The translations under genes and the position numbers were made by a program. The notes beneath the pieces were generated by a model. It worked only from the letters and a program-made list of their open reading frames with translations, did no database searches and was not told the origin of the DNA. Below are positions 27,123-37,667 of a stretch of DNA of 64,000 bases, piece by piece. Positions within the stretch are counted from its first letter, which is position 1; the number at the start of each line of letters is the position of its first letter. This DNA comes from Candidatus Heimdallarchaeum aukensis (GTDB taxonomy: Archaea > Asgardarchaeota > Heimdallarchaeia > Heimdallarchaeales > Heimdallarchaeaceae): NCBI GenBank assembly GCA_021513695.1, contig CP084166.1:2496001-2560000 (forward strand). The letters run 5' to 3'.

Positions 27123-29267
27123 ATGGTTCAACCGAAGAAGCTTTATAGTTTTTTAGATTCAGAATTAAAAACTTATCAGTTTCCAGAATTTCAAAGACCA
27201 TATGTATGGGGCCAAAATGAGATATATGATTTAATTGATACAGTAGTAAGGGGATATTCTGTTGGATTGATACTACTTTGGGAAGGAGATAGTAATGCTC
27301 TGAATTATTCTCTTCGAGATTGGGTATCTCCTCCAAGCAATAGTGATCGTTTAAGACTAAAGTACATTCTAGATGGACAACAAAGAATAAAAACACTTTC
27401 AAGAACCTTCGGAATTGATTTTTTAGTCAATAATGGTTTTATGTCAGAAGTAAAAACTGATTCAATTCCAAGAGCACTCTCCAAATACCCATATTTTATT
27501 TTTCCATCTCGATCAAATTTCTTAAATGTTACAAAAAACAAAAAAAATCGCTGGGTTAGTTTCGATATTTTCTTAGATTTAGCTAAAGTTGACTTAAGTA
27601 AAGAAAAATGGTATGAACGCATATCTCCTGATTGCTGGGTTTCTTTATTGGATATTATGAGGATGAATTGGAAGAAGGAAGAAATAGCAGAATTTAGCAT
27701 ATTAACTGAGAAAAAAGGTCCACTTAATAATTTAGAATTTTTTATTGTTGAGTATAAAAATGGTAAAATTGAAAGAGATAACCCAAACAACAAGTGGTAC
27801 AAAAAACAAGAGGATGGTGTTCAAGATACAAACTTAGTAAAACCAATTAGATTCATTTACATTAACTCATTAGAAAATATAGAAGATATAATTAAATATT
27901 TTAGATTATATTACCAGTTAAACGGAAGTATTCAAATTTCTCAAGATAAAAATTTTCTACATTTAGAACTTAGGCGAGAATTGATTTCACTACTAAAAAT
28001 AAAGCCAACAGATATAGATTTATTATTTCAAGAAACAGAATCAGCAGAACTTACACAGTTAACGCATTACTTTTCTAGGTTAAATAGAGCTGGTGTGTTA
28101 CTGGATGTAGTTGATTTGCTTATAGCAAAAATTTATGGTGAGAGAAATGAGCCGTTTCCTTTGCGCAATATCTTACAGAACACCTTTAGCGATGATACTC
28201 TTCGAAATTTTTTTAATCTAAAAGATGATGATGACCCAAGTACAAAATTTAAACTATTATTACAAGTAGTTTCTCTTTACTTTTATAACAAACTATCTGA
28301 TGATGCAATATTAAAAATAACGCAGCAAAATTTGTTAGATTTTGAGTTTGAGAAATTCTCGATGACATCTATTCCAATAAATAAGAAAGTATTAATACGT
28401 GAATCATGGAGAAAAACAATAGAATTTTTGAGAGAGAAACTTGCTATAAATTCTATTTCTAAATTAAGGTATGACCGGTTGTTTGTTATATTAATGGCAC
28501 TTAATTATCATGTTTATAAAGAAGAAATACTAAACAAAAGCTATAGAGACTTATTTGAGAATGAGTTTGATGAGATTCTCAAAGTTTGGATACTAAGGGA
28601 ATCTATATCGTTCAATCTAGCAACTGGAAGTAATAAACCTCCTGAAAGATATAAAACATTTATAAATAAGAGTATACCTTCTATAATACGATGCATTGAA
28701 AATGAAGAAGAAATAAGTAGAAAAGAAATATTAGATGAAATATTCGTTCCCACTTTGTCAGATGAAAACTTATCAGATAAGGAGTTTGGAAAAGCTCTAA
28801 TGAGTATTTTGTTGAAAGAAAATGGGATTTACGATTTCTACGATAAAACATTGTCAAAAAAGATCACAACTTGTTCTCAAGTTATTGAAGATACAATAGA
28901 GCTACATCATATTTTTCCAAAAAATATGGTTAATGATGCCAATTTAAAGAGGGTATTTGATATAGGATTAAACTTGACACCTTTAAAGAAAAAGACTAAT
29001 AGTGATAAACTTGGTAATAAACACCCATTTAAATATATTCAAGAAATGATGGGGGAGATTCAAGATGAAGCTATATTCAACGAAATAATGAACTCTCATT
29101 GGTTGCCAGAATTAGAATGGTGGCGTGATATTATGCAAAAATACGATTATCCAGATAATGAAGATGCAATAAAAAATGTTGAGAAAATAAAAGAGCAATT
29201 TGATTTATTTATTGAAAAAAGAAAAGAAATTGTTTTAGATAAAATCAAACCCCTCTTATACTTATAG
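27123..29267 (+). CDS. GmrSD-family type IV (modification-dependent) restriction enzyme: N-terminal DUF262, C-terminal DUF1524
   Basis: 'YQFPEFQRPYVWGQNEIYDLIDTVVRGYSVG' and 'DGQQRIKTL' indicate DUF262. C-terminal 'IELHHIFPKN...GLNLTPLKKKTNSDKLGNK' indicates the DUF1524 His-Me finger. Confidence 0.8.
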   Translation: MVQPKKLYSFLDSELKTYQFPEFQRPYVWGQNEIYDLIDTVVRGYSVGLILLWEGDSNALNYSLRDWVSPPSNSDRLRLKYILDGQQRIKTLSRTFGIDFLVNNGFMSEVKTDSIPRALSKYPYFIFPSRSNFLNVTKNKKNRWVSFDIFLDLAKVDLSKEKWYERISPDCWVSLLDIMRMNWKKEEIAEFSILTEKKGPLNNLEFFIVEYKNGKIERDNPNNKWYKKQEDGVQDTNLVKPIRFIYINSLENIEDIIKYFRLYYQLNGSIQISQDKNFLHLELRRELISLLKIKPTDIDLLFQETESAELTQLTHYFSRLNRAGVLLDVVDLLIAKIYGERNEPFPLRNILQNTFSDDTLRNFFNLKDDDDPSTKFKLLLQVVSLYFYNKLSDDAILKITQQNLLDFEFEKFSMTSIPINKKVLIRESWRKTIEFLREKLAINSISKLRYDRLFVILMALNYHVYKEEILNKSYRDLFENEFDEILKVWILRESISFNLATGSNKPPERYKTFINKSIPSIIRCIENEEEISRKEILDEIFVPTLSDENLSDKEFGKALMSILLKENGIYDFYDKTLSKKITTCSQVIEDTIELHHIFPKNMVNDANLKRVFDIGLNLTPLKKKTNSDKLGNKHPFKYIQEMMGEIQDEAIFNEIMNSHWLPELEWWRDIMQKYDYPDNEDAIKNVEKIKEQFDLFIEKRKEIVLDKIKPLLYL

Positions 29268-29699
29268 TTTCATTTTCATTTTTTTATACTTTATAAGATC
29301 AGTGTTTACTCAATAAAACTGTGTTACAGTTTTTTGCATTAGATAAACATCCTTTATTAGCTTGAATATAAGTTTTCATTTTCTTTAAATTTGAAGAATT
29401 ATTACCTAATAAAGGTTTTTTCACTTTTTACATGTGATCTTTTAAATATCTCTATTAAATGTTTAAAATAATATTTTTGAAGCTTTGCAATTCTTTGTAA
29501 ATGATTTTATTTAATCCTTCATTTATTTCAGTTTTAAAAATTCAAAACAATACTATTCTTGGTGTAAGCGAAATATAAAATTGAAAAAGCAGACTCTTTA
29601 ACTTGTGTAACCACATCTTAAAATCAATAGATGTAACTGTATACATATGAAATTGCTCTATACAAATCCAAAAAGAAGGATAATATGGATGCTTTTAGA

Positions 29700-30275
29700 C
29701 TATGCAAAAACGCTGTTAGGCTGTTTTTTATGTTGTTCGTATACACTTGGTAGAGTCTTTAATAGCCATTGATATAATTTCAGGAATTCTTTTGCCTCTG
29801 TTTCAATATATTCTATTATTTCATCATATTTTTTATCTTTATATAAATCAAGTATATCCTCTCCTGTTTTCTTTTTTTTGGTAAAAGTATCTAATCTAGC
29901 ACCTTTAAATGATCCTTTATTTAGTATAAATAAGGTAGAACTAATATCTACGTGGGGATGAGTTAATAATTTCTCTAATTCAATATTTAGACCATATTTT
30001 TTAGCTCTTTTAGACAATACGATAAAATCATATTTTAAATTGGAACCAACAGGTGTAAAATTCCATTTATCTTTTATGTTTAATTTTCTAAGAAATTTTT
30101 TTATTATTTCTTCTTCAGAATTTTCCCAACTTTTAAGAATAGTTAAAGGCTCTCCACTTAATTTTTTTCCTGTTTGCTGCAATATTTTTTGGTATTGTAT
30201 AGTGATAATTTCATAATTGTAAGAATCTTCTTCTTTTTTACCATATGTTTCAATATCAAAATAATATGTTGTCAT
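29700..30275 (-). CDS. DEDD-type 3'-5' exonuclease (RNase H-like, PolB-exonuclease-like small protein)
   Basis: 'TYYFDIETYG' (Exo I, DxE) and 'GSNLKYDFIVL' (Exo II-like). Confidence 0.55.
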   Translation of the reverse strand: MTTYYFDIETYGKKEEDSYNYEIITIQYQKILQQTGKKLSGEPLTILKSWENSEEEIIKKFLRKLNIKDKWNFTPVGSNLKYDFIVLSKRAKKYGLNIELEKLLTHPHVDISSTLFILNKGSFKGARLDTFTKKKKTGEDILDLYKDKKYDEIIEYIETEAKEFLKLYQWLLKTLPSVYEQHKKQPNSVFA

Positions 30276-30499
30276 ATTATCATTATTTAATTTGAGAATA
30301 TTTAAATTAGTTGGTTTTAGTTGATAAACCTAGAAGAAAAAAGTAAATTTAACCTAAATTTAATAGAAAAGAAAGAATCAACAGAAGCAGAATTGGTTAG
30401 ATATAACTTATACTATAAAGGTTTGAATGTTTATTTTAAGTTAACACTGAAATTCAATTTTTCTTATTTCTCTTGTCTTTTATATTTTTCTTTATTTTT

Positions 30500-33400
30500 T
30501 CATTCTTCACAAGGCCCACCTACTATTTTTGAGTATGGGCAAGTTCTACATCTACTATACTCATCATCCTTATTTGGGTTTTTCACAAAGCCTTGTTCCA
30601 CATCAATTTTTATTCTGTTTTTAATAGCATCTTCAACTTGAGATTTGAAAGATTCAAGGTTATGATTTATTTTTACAACTTTGAATTGGGGATGTACAAA
30701 AACAATCAATGTTCCAATATCTTTGATATTTGGATAATTTTGTTTTAAAAGCCAAGCATATGTTGTTAGTTGATTCTCATACATTGTGTAGAGATCGCTG
30801 CTTTCATTTGGTGGATTTCCAGTTTTATAGTCAATGATTATCCATTTTTCTTCTTCAATTTTAAATAAAAGATCTATAGTTCCTGTTATTATAACGGGTT
30901 TATAATCATCGTAGGAAAATTTTGCTTGTAACTGATATTCTGTGAAAAAATCGGATGTTCTCTTATTGAAAAGATTTGAAATTGTTTTGTCTTTTAGATA
31001 AGAATTTATTATTTGTATAAGATGTTGTTTCGCATTATCAACTTGAATTTTACTAAGAATATTTAAAATAAGTTCAGAATCTATTTTTTCTTCTGAATTT
31101 ATTGCTTTATGAAATGATTCCATGAACAAATGGACTATATCTCCCCATTCTGCTGCTGAATTGATCCCCTTTGGAGGTGTTGTTCCTGGGGGTAAATGTT
31201 CCTCTCCAAATTTGCCAGATAAATAATAATTATCCACTTTATTTAAAACTGCATAGGCATATCTTCGGGGACAGAAAAGTAGATTGTAAAGTTCTTTTGC
31301 TGCAATAGATATGGGTACAAATTGTATATTTGCTAGTGTATTTAGTTTTTTAATTTTACTTCTTTTAACTTCTTTCTCATAATCTTTTTCTCTAAAAGAT
31401 AGAGGTTGATCTTCTTTAGGTGATGGCTTAATGATCTCTATTTTAATCTCTTCAACAATTTCTTTTTCTTCTAAACTATCGATAACTAGATTCTGTTCAT
31501 TCCAATTTAATGTTACATAAAAACAATCTCCTTCTGGGTTAAAATCTCTATTATTTAAAACTCCAAGTTTGTTTTGAATAGTATACATCCACCTAGTATA
31601 TTTATTTCCCTTAGGTTCTATAAGACCAAGATGAAAAATAAGATGATCTCTTGCTCTTGTAGTCGCAACATAAAAAAGGCGCCAAAATTCAGCAATATCT
31701 TTTTTGATAAATTGATTTAAAGGGTTGTTAAACTTAAAAACACCATTGTCTTCTCTTTTGTTACTAACCCAAAAGATTCCAGACGATAGATTACCAGGTA
31801 TTAATCTCTCTCCTGGGCCATTAATATCTTCTACTGTTTCTACATTAATATCAATTGGTTTAATAGCCACACCAATCTCTCTATCTAAAAATATTCTTTC
31901 CCTATAAGGGTCTCTTAATACATCTTTCACAAGCAGATCTGGAATAATTACTATTGGGAATTCAAGTCCTTTGCTTCTATGTATTGTCATTATTTTTACG
32001 CTATTTTTTGATTCGTAATCACCGATTTTTATGGTAGAATAATCTTGTTTTCCAGCATAAGCTCTATCTCGTAATACTTTTATTTTATAAACAAATTCAT
32101 TATACGAAAGTAGTTCTTCTTCTTCCCATTCTTTAATAATTTCAGTCAGTAATCTGAGATTTGCTAGAGTCTCAAAAGAACTTGAGGATGAAGAGAGAAA
32201 AACGATGTCTAATGCGCCATGATTAATTATTTTATCGATAAGGACTGCTTTTTCACCTTCTCTATCCCATCTTAGGTCATTTCTGAGTTTCAATAGCGCT
32301 TTTAATCTAATTAAATCTGTCTCCTTAATAATATTCTTTGAAGGTTGATTTTCTATTTCCATAAGTGCTTTTCTGAGCATAAAATTATGTGAAGCTAAAA
32401 ATCGAAGTGTTTCATCAGATATTGCAATTAAAGGAGAACGAAGTATATGTAATAATGCATATTTGTTGTGAGGGTTTGCAAACCAATCTAAAAAATCAAC
32501 AATTAAAGAAACTTCATGTTGTGCAAATAAAGAATTATCCAAAATCAGAGAATAGTTGATGCCGTATCTATCAAATAGCCTCAGAAAAGGATAGATCTTA
32601 CTTCTTCTTCTGAATAGTAAAGCAATATCTCCTGGCAAGGGAGATCTCTCTATTATTTCATCCTTTTCTTCTTCATAAATATTCAATCTGATTTTTTGGT
32701 CAAGAATATCCTTTATGCAAGAAACTATAGCTTCAGCATCTTTAGAATCCCAGTCAGCCCAATATATTGGCTTATTATTTGGTCCTTGGGTAAAAATGGT
32801 GTGGATGTTAGCAGTTTCTTTTTTATTTTTAGCGGTATTCCTTTTTGGAATTAACGGTACATAATCTACTTTTATTTTTCCAATTCTACCTGTAACATTA
32901 GAATCAAAAATCTCGCTGAATAGTGAATTAATGAGATAGATAATATCTGGTTGACTTCTAAAATTAGAAACCAATGCAACATATTCAGGATTCTTTATTT
33001 CAAAGGGCAAATCAATTTCATTTTTTGTTTTTGCATATTCTATAATTGAAGAGAATATTCCTGGCTCTGCTGATCTCCATTGATAAATTGACTGTTTAAC
33101 ATCTCCTATAATCATAATATTATTCTTTGTTCTAATTGTATCTTCATTTCGAATTAAATGTGAAATGATACGACACTGTACATAACTTGTATCTTGGAAC
33201 TCATCAATTAAAATATGATCAAACTTTAAGTTTAGACTTTTAACCCATGGACTTGTAGGATTTTTTTCTAAATATTCCCACAACATATATGCGATATCAA
33301 TATAGGTCAAATGTCCTGTTTTTTTAGTTTTTTCTGTATAAAGTTCGTCATATTTTTCTAGTAATAAGGTAAATTTATCGTATCTATCGCGCATCTCATA

Positions 33401-34222
33401 ATATATATGTTCAAGCGACTTTGACAATGTCAAAATTTCATCTTCATCTAGCTCATTCAATTTTTGTTCATTATTCTCGTTTGTAAGATTAATTATGATC
33501 TCTTTAGCTTGTTCTATTGAAAAAGGAGGAGTGTAATTAGAAAATAACATTGTAATTGTTTTTTTCATTTTCTTTGAGTAGTCTTCTCTAGTCCAACAAA
33601 ATTCTCTTGATTTTTGATGAACTTGACGTATCATGTCAAAAAGCCCAGGTAATCTAAAGTATCCAGTATACACTTCTTGGTATATTTCTTCCAACTCTTC
33701 AACGATATCTCTATATTTACTTTCTGTTTTAAGATAATCTTCAATCTCCTCAACAATTTCATCAGAATCCATTAAGAGAGCTACGTCAAATAAAGGGTAT
33801 AATGATATTTCAAGGCATATTTCTTGTAGCAACTTTAGAAGGTAAGAGTCAATGGTTTGAATAAATGACTCTGTTTCTAACCAACGGAAAAGATCATTGG
33901 ATATGGAAATGGTTTCATCCTTTCGAATCTCATTTAATCGTGACTTTAATTTAATTTTAAGCTGTCGAGATGCTTCTCTACCAAAAGATAGTACCAGTAT
34001 TCTTTCGAAAGGATTAATTTTTTCGTTGTTACGATGTTCTACTAAAGTAATATTGCTCAAAATTTCAATTAATGTGGTTGTTTTTCCTGTACCAGCTCCT
34101 GCATCAACAACCACTCGCCCTGAACCAAAAAAATATTTTTCCACAACTCTTTTCTGATCTTCAGTCAACTTTGATTTTTCTATTAATTCTTTTACTATTT
34201 TCAGTGTTGAGTCATTCATCAT
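30500..34222 (-). CDS. AddA/AdnB-like SF1 (UvrD-family) helicase fused to a C-terminal Cas4/RecB-type PD-(D/E)xK nuclease with Cys cluster
   Basis: Helicase motifs: 'DAGAGTGKTT', 'LIDEFQDTS', 'GDVKQSIYQWRSA', 'VSNFRSQ', 'TIHRSKGLEFP', 'FYVATTRARDHL'. Nuclease motifs: 'CPRRYAY', 'GTIDLLF...WIIIDYKTG', 'QLTTY', 'CRTCPYSKIVGGPC'. Confidence 0.85.
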   Translation of the reverse strand: MMNDSTLKIVKELIEKSKLTEDQKRVVEKYFFGSGRVVVDAGAGTGKTTTLIEILSNITLVEHRNNEKINPFERILVLSFGREASRQLKIKLKSRLNEIRKDETISISNDLFRWLETESFIQTIDSYLLKLLQEICLEISLYPLFDVALLMDSDEIVEEIEDYLKTESKYRDIVEELEEIYQEVYTGYFRLPGLFDMIRQVHQKSREFCWTREDYSKKMKKTITMLFSNYTPPFSIEQAKEIIINLTNENNEQKLNELDEDEILTLSKSLEHIYYEMRDRYDKFTLLLEKYDELYTEKTKKTGHLTYIDIAYMLWEYLEKNPTSPWVKSLNLKFDHILIDEFQDTSYVQCRIISHLIRNEDTIRTKNNIMIIGDVKQSIYQWRSAEPGIFSSIIEYAKTKNEIDLPFEIKNPEYVALVSNFRSQPDIIYLINSLFSEIFDSNVTGRIGKIKVDYVPLIPKRNTAKNKKETANIHTIFTQGPNNKPIYWADWDSKDAEAIVSCIKDILDQKIRLNIYEEEKDEIIERSPLPGDIALLFRRRSKIYPFLRLFDRYGINYSLILDNSLFAQHEVSLIVDFLDWFANPHNKYALLHILRSPLIAISDETLRFLASHNFMLRKALMEIENQPSKNIIKETDLIRLKALLKLRNDLRWDREGEKAVLIDKIINHGALDIVFLSSSSSSFETLANLRLLTEIIKEWEEEELLSYNEFVYKIKVLRDRAYAGKQDYSTIKIGDYESKNSVKIMTIHRSKGLEFPIVIIPDLLVKDVLRDPYRERIFLDREIGVAIKPIDINVETVEDINGPGERLIPGNLSSGIFWVSNKREDNGVFKFNNPLNQFIKKDIAEFWRLFYVATTRARDHLIFHLGLIEPKGNKYTRWMYTIQNKLGVLNNRDFNPEGDCFYVTLNWNEQNLVIDSLEEKEIVEEIKIEIIKPSPKEDQPLSFREKDYEKEVKRSKIKKLNTLANIQFVPISIAAKELYNLLFCPRRYAYAVLNKVDNYYLSGKFGEEHLPPGTTPPKGINSAAEWGDIVHLFMESFHKAINSEEKIDSELILNILSKIQVDNAKQHLIQIINSYLKDKTISNLFNKRTSDFFTEYQLQAKFSYDDYKPVIITGTIDLLFKIEEEKWIIIDYKTGNPPNESSDLYTMYENQLTTYAWLLKQNYPNIKDIGTLIVFVHPQFKVVKINHNLESFKSQVEDAIKNRIKIDVEQGFVKNPNKDDEYSRCRTCPYSKIVGGPCEE

Positions 34223-37200
34223 CTACATCTCCATTTTCTTCTGTAGGTAGGGTTAATATTGGTGAGTAACCACTGCAGAGCCTTCTGTAGTCACACAAAA
34301 CACACTCTGTATTTATGCGTTTTGAGGCATCAAAAATTCCTTTTTTAATATCCGATAATCTTTCATTTAGACTAGAAATCACATCGTCCATTTTTTGAGT
34401 AAAATCCCTTTTTTTTGTCCAAGAACCAATAAATATGGGATTAGAAAGGATGTCTTCCGGATAAATCTCTGAAACTTTATAATAACTGTATTTGGTTTTA
34501 GAGTACTGTTTGTATATTCCTCTACGTTTTCCAGAAAATGGTTCAATAAACTCTATGCCAAAAAAAGGTTTTCCCATTTTCGTTTCATATAAATATTGAG
34601 TAATCGCTATTCTAACATCATTTATTCTTCCACTTAAAAATTTGTTAAAATTACTTCCTTCAAAATTATCCGACAATGAGTACGATGTATTGTTGTAAAA
34701 AACAGGTAAATAAAATGTGTTTTTAGTTCCATCAGGTTTTGTGATTGTTATACTATCCATCCTATGTCTTGGAAAAAGAATAACACAACCATTATCTAAA
34801 ATTATATCTGTTTCATTTTCTACTTCCCAATTTCTGGTTATTTTATATTCAATTTCATTTATAACTATTTTTTCTTCATTTTCAAAAATAGGTTTGTACT
34901 TTTTACAATAATAATCTGAATATCGTTCAAAAATATTTTCTATTTTATCTTCAAAATCTATTCCTTTTATCTCCATTCGTTCAGGAACTTCTTGTTGAAT
35001 GAAGTTTAATAATTTATTTTTTTCTTCATCTTTCAGATATATTTTACGTAGAAGCTTTGGATAGAAACCAAATCGGTAATGTAATCTTTTTGTTGTGTAA
35101 AAAGGAATCTCACGTGAAATCTCATGACCTTTATACCAATTGAAATAAAATTGGTAAAAATAATATCTTAGTGGGCAATCATAAATAAGAGATAGTTCAT
35201 GGATTCTATAAGGATCACCAACTATTTTTTCAAAAATATCATTTGATAAATAAAATTGATTAACCTTTGCTTCAATTCTATGTGGAGGATTTAGGTATCT
35301 TTCAATTCTGTCATTTATTTCTTTTTCTTGAATATCCATATTTGCATAGGCGTAAATGTCAAGAAATTCTTCTTCTGTTATTTGTGGAAAAATATTATTA
35401 TTTGCTCTATGGAGAATCCAGTTATATAATTGTAGTATCTCCTTTTCAGAAAGTAATGCCAAGTTTTGTTGAAAATCGCCGGTGCTAGTTAAAATATTGA
35501 AGATCTCTGTAGGATAAATCTTTCTCTCTTTTTTCTTTATTTCTTTTACATTATCAGTAAAAGAAGACCAATCTAGTCTTCTACCCTCTCTGTCAAGGTA
35601 AGTTCGCGATAAAAATAAAGTGTCTTTAGAAGAAAATAATACCTGTTCAAAGAAGTCTAACTCAGAAGCATAATCATTTTCGGGGCTTAAATTGTAAATA
35701 TATCCATAAGAGGGATCTTTTTTTACTAAATGAGATTTCTTTCTTTCTAGTTCTTTTTTGATTTCTAGTGGTAGAAAGATTGAATCAGGACATTTTCTCG
35801 GAAATTCGTCGGTTTGAAAACCAAGAAGGAAAATATACTCCGCATCTCTAAAGTAAACGTTTGCAGCATCAATAAAACAGACAGTATTTTGATCAAAATT
35901 TTGAATACCAAAAGTTTCTCTACCTATTAATTCACCAAGTGCTTGAGAAACATATTTCCATTTAATTATATCAGCTTCATTTTTATTTAGTAAATAATCC
36001 AAATAAGCAGATAGGTTTGAAACTTTATTTTTCAATCTATTAGCTTGATATGTAGGGTGAGTTTGAAAAAACTGTTGTCTTTTGTTTTCTATTCCTGGTC
36101 CTTCAATTGAATGAGTTATAACTTTTCTAATATTTCGAATAAAGAAATAAATAAGAGAATTTATTATTCTGACAAAATCACTAGGTTTATTGGATGAAAT
36201 CTCTAATAGCTCTTTAATATAGTTCAAATATTCAATTATTATTTTTCTCAACCATGAAGGGAGTTCTGCTATAGCTTTTTTCCAATCTTCAAAAGATAAT
36301 TTTTCAGTATTTGACTGCTGTATAAGCTTTTTCTCTAAAAAATCTAAACTTTCTTCCAAACTTAAAAAAATTTTATCATCTAGAGGATACTTGGCTGAAA
36401 GACTCCTTTTAGGCAGACATAATCCTAATCTTAAGGGATTCATTATGTCTGCATAACTGATATTTTTCTCTTCTTCTATTTTAACAAGTAAATCAACTGT
36501 AGCTTTTAAGAAGCGATAAGCTGTAGAGTATGCTAAAGGATAACGCGTTTCTATAGAATAGGGAATTCCTGCAGTTTCAAAAATATTTTTGATGTAAGTT
36601 TTATATTTGCCGATATTTCTCGCTAAAACAAGTATCTCATGCGGTTGAACTTTTTCCAATAAGATTAATTTCCTTATTTGTTGAGAGATCTCTTTTATTT
36701 CCATGTAAGGGGAAGGTGCCGAAATAAAATTAATTTTTGTTTCATCAAATCTGTAGTCTTTCATATTTTTCTTTAAAAACAGTTTCCAATGAGAATATTC
36801 TGAAGATTGCTCTGAAAGTTTTTCAATAAGTGAAATATATTCATAATCAATGTTAATATATTTTAATCTTTGAATAAGCTGATCTTTTGTTCCTTTACCA
36901 ACAAAAATATGAACATTGAGCTCTGGAAACTTGTTGGCTATCGAAGTTATCAGATGTAAAGTAGGCGAGTCATAAACTGTTATTCCCATAACGTAAATGT
37001 TCTTTAAATTAGGATACAAATTTAACCATTTACTCTCTTCTCCGTTGTCAATTACTTGATAGGTTTCAGTAATTAAATGGCTCCTAGATAAGAAGTTATC
37101 ATTTTTTATCAGTTTCAATTCTTTATTCAGAAGATTGTGAATTATTTGAAAAACTTCATAAATTTCAACTGCTCTTATCTTCCAAAATGGAGATTCAATT

Positions 37201-37667
37201 TTGTTACACATTTCTAGTAATTTATCATGATCTAAACCACTGTTAGAACTTCTAAAATATTCATCTAATTCTTGATTAAAAATAGTTAGCACGTCTGGAT
37301 CTTTAAAGTCAATCTGTTGAAAAAATCTTTTTGTACTTATTGAAACTTTGATATCTCCATTTTTTATTTGTTCAACTATGTCTAAAATCAACTGCTTCCT
37401 AACAGATTCTGATAAAATTGTTGGTTCTTTATTCGTGTAGGTTTTTAGGATTTTTATGGCTAAATCTTCAAAAGTTGTTAATTCTACCTTGTTAGTAAAA
37501 TCTTTTACATTAAGAGCTAATTTTCTTCTTAGATTCTGCAAGACTATAAAACCAGGTAAAATACATAATGATTCTATCTTTTGAGAGGGAGTAGGACTTT
37601 CTAATTCTTTTAATCTTACAAATAAATATTTTTCAGGATTACCATAAAGAATAGATAATTTACCCAT
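34212..37667 (-). CDS. AddB-like subunit: degenerate (Walker-A-less) helicase-like region plus C-terminal nuclease-like domain with Cys cluster
   Basis: N-terminus 'LSILYGNPEKY' occupies the position where AddB has GxGKT. 'CPLRYYFYQF' and terminal 'CVLCDYRRLC' mark the nuclease-like domain. Size and the 11-nt overlap with the AddA-like gene support pairing. A catalytic D/ExK is not clearly recognisable. Confidence 0.6.
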   Translation of the reverse strand: MGKLSILYGNPEKYLFVRLKELESPTPSQKIESLCILPGFIVLQNLRRKLALNVKDFTNKVELTTFEDLAIKILKTYTNKEPTILSESVRKQLILDIVEQIKNGDIKVSISTKRFFQQIDFKDPDVLTIFNQELDEYFRSSNSGLDHDKLLEMCNKIESPFWKIRAVEIYEVFQIIHNLLNKELKLIKNDNFLSRSHLITETYQVIDNGEESKWLNLYPNLKNIYVMGITVYDSPTLHLITSIANKFPELNVHIFVGKGTKDQLIQRLKYINIDYEYISLIEKLSEQSSEYSHWKLFLKKNMKDYRFDETKINFISAPSPYMEIKEISQQIRKLILLEKVQPHEILVLARNIGKYKTYIKNIFETAGIPYSIETRYPLAYSTAYRFLKATVDLLVKIEEEKNISYADIMNPLRLGLCLPKRSLSAKYPLDDKIFLSLEESLDFLEKKLIQQSNTEKLSFEDWKKAIAELPSWLRKIIIEYLNYIKELLEISSNKPSDFVRIINSLIYFFIRNIRKVITHSIEGPGIENKRQQFFQTHPTYQANRLKNKVSNLSAYLDYLLNKNEADIIKWKYVSQALGELIGRETFGIQNFDQNTVCFIDAANVYFRDAEYIFLLGFQTDEFPRKCPDSIFLPLEIKKELERKKSHLVKKDPSYGYIYNLSPENDYASELDFFEQVLFSSKDTLFLSRTYLDREGRRLDWSSFTDNVKEIKKKERKIYPTEIFNILTSTGDFQQNLALLSEKEILQLYNWILHRANNNIFPQITEEEFLDIYAYANMDIQEKEINDRIERYLNPPHRIEAKVNQFYLSNDIFEKIVGDPYRIHELSLIYDCPLRYYFYQFYFNWYKGHEISREIPFYTTKRLHYRFGFYPKLLRKIYLKDEEKNKLLNFIQQEVPERMEIKGIDFEDKIENIFERYSDYYCKKYKPIFENEEKIVINEIEYKITRNWEVENETDIILDNGCVILFPRHRMDSITITKPDGTKNTFYLPVFYNNTSYSLSDNFEGSNFNKFLSGRINDVRIAITQYLYETKMGKPFFGIEFIEPFSGKRRGIYKQYSKTKYSYYKVSEIYPEDILSNPIFIGSWTKKRDFTQKMDDVISSLNERLSDIKKGIFDASKRINTECVLCDYRRLCSGYSPILTLPTEENGDVDDE

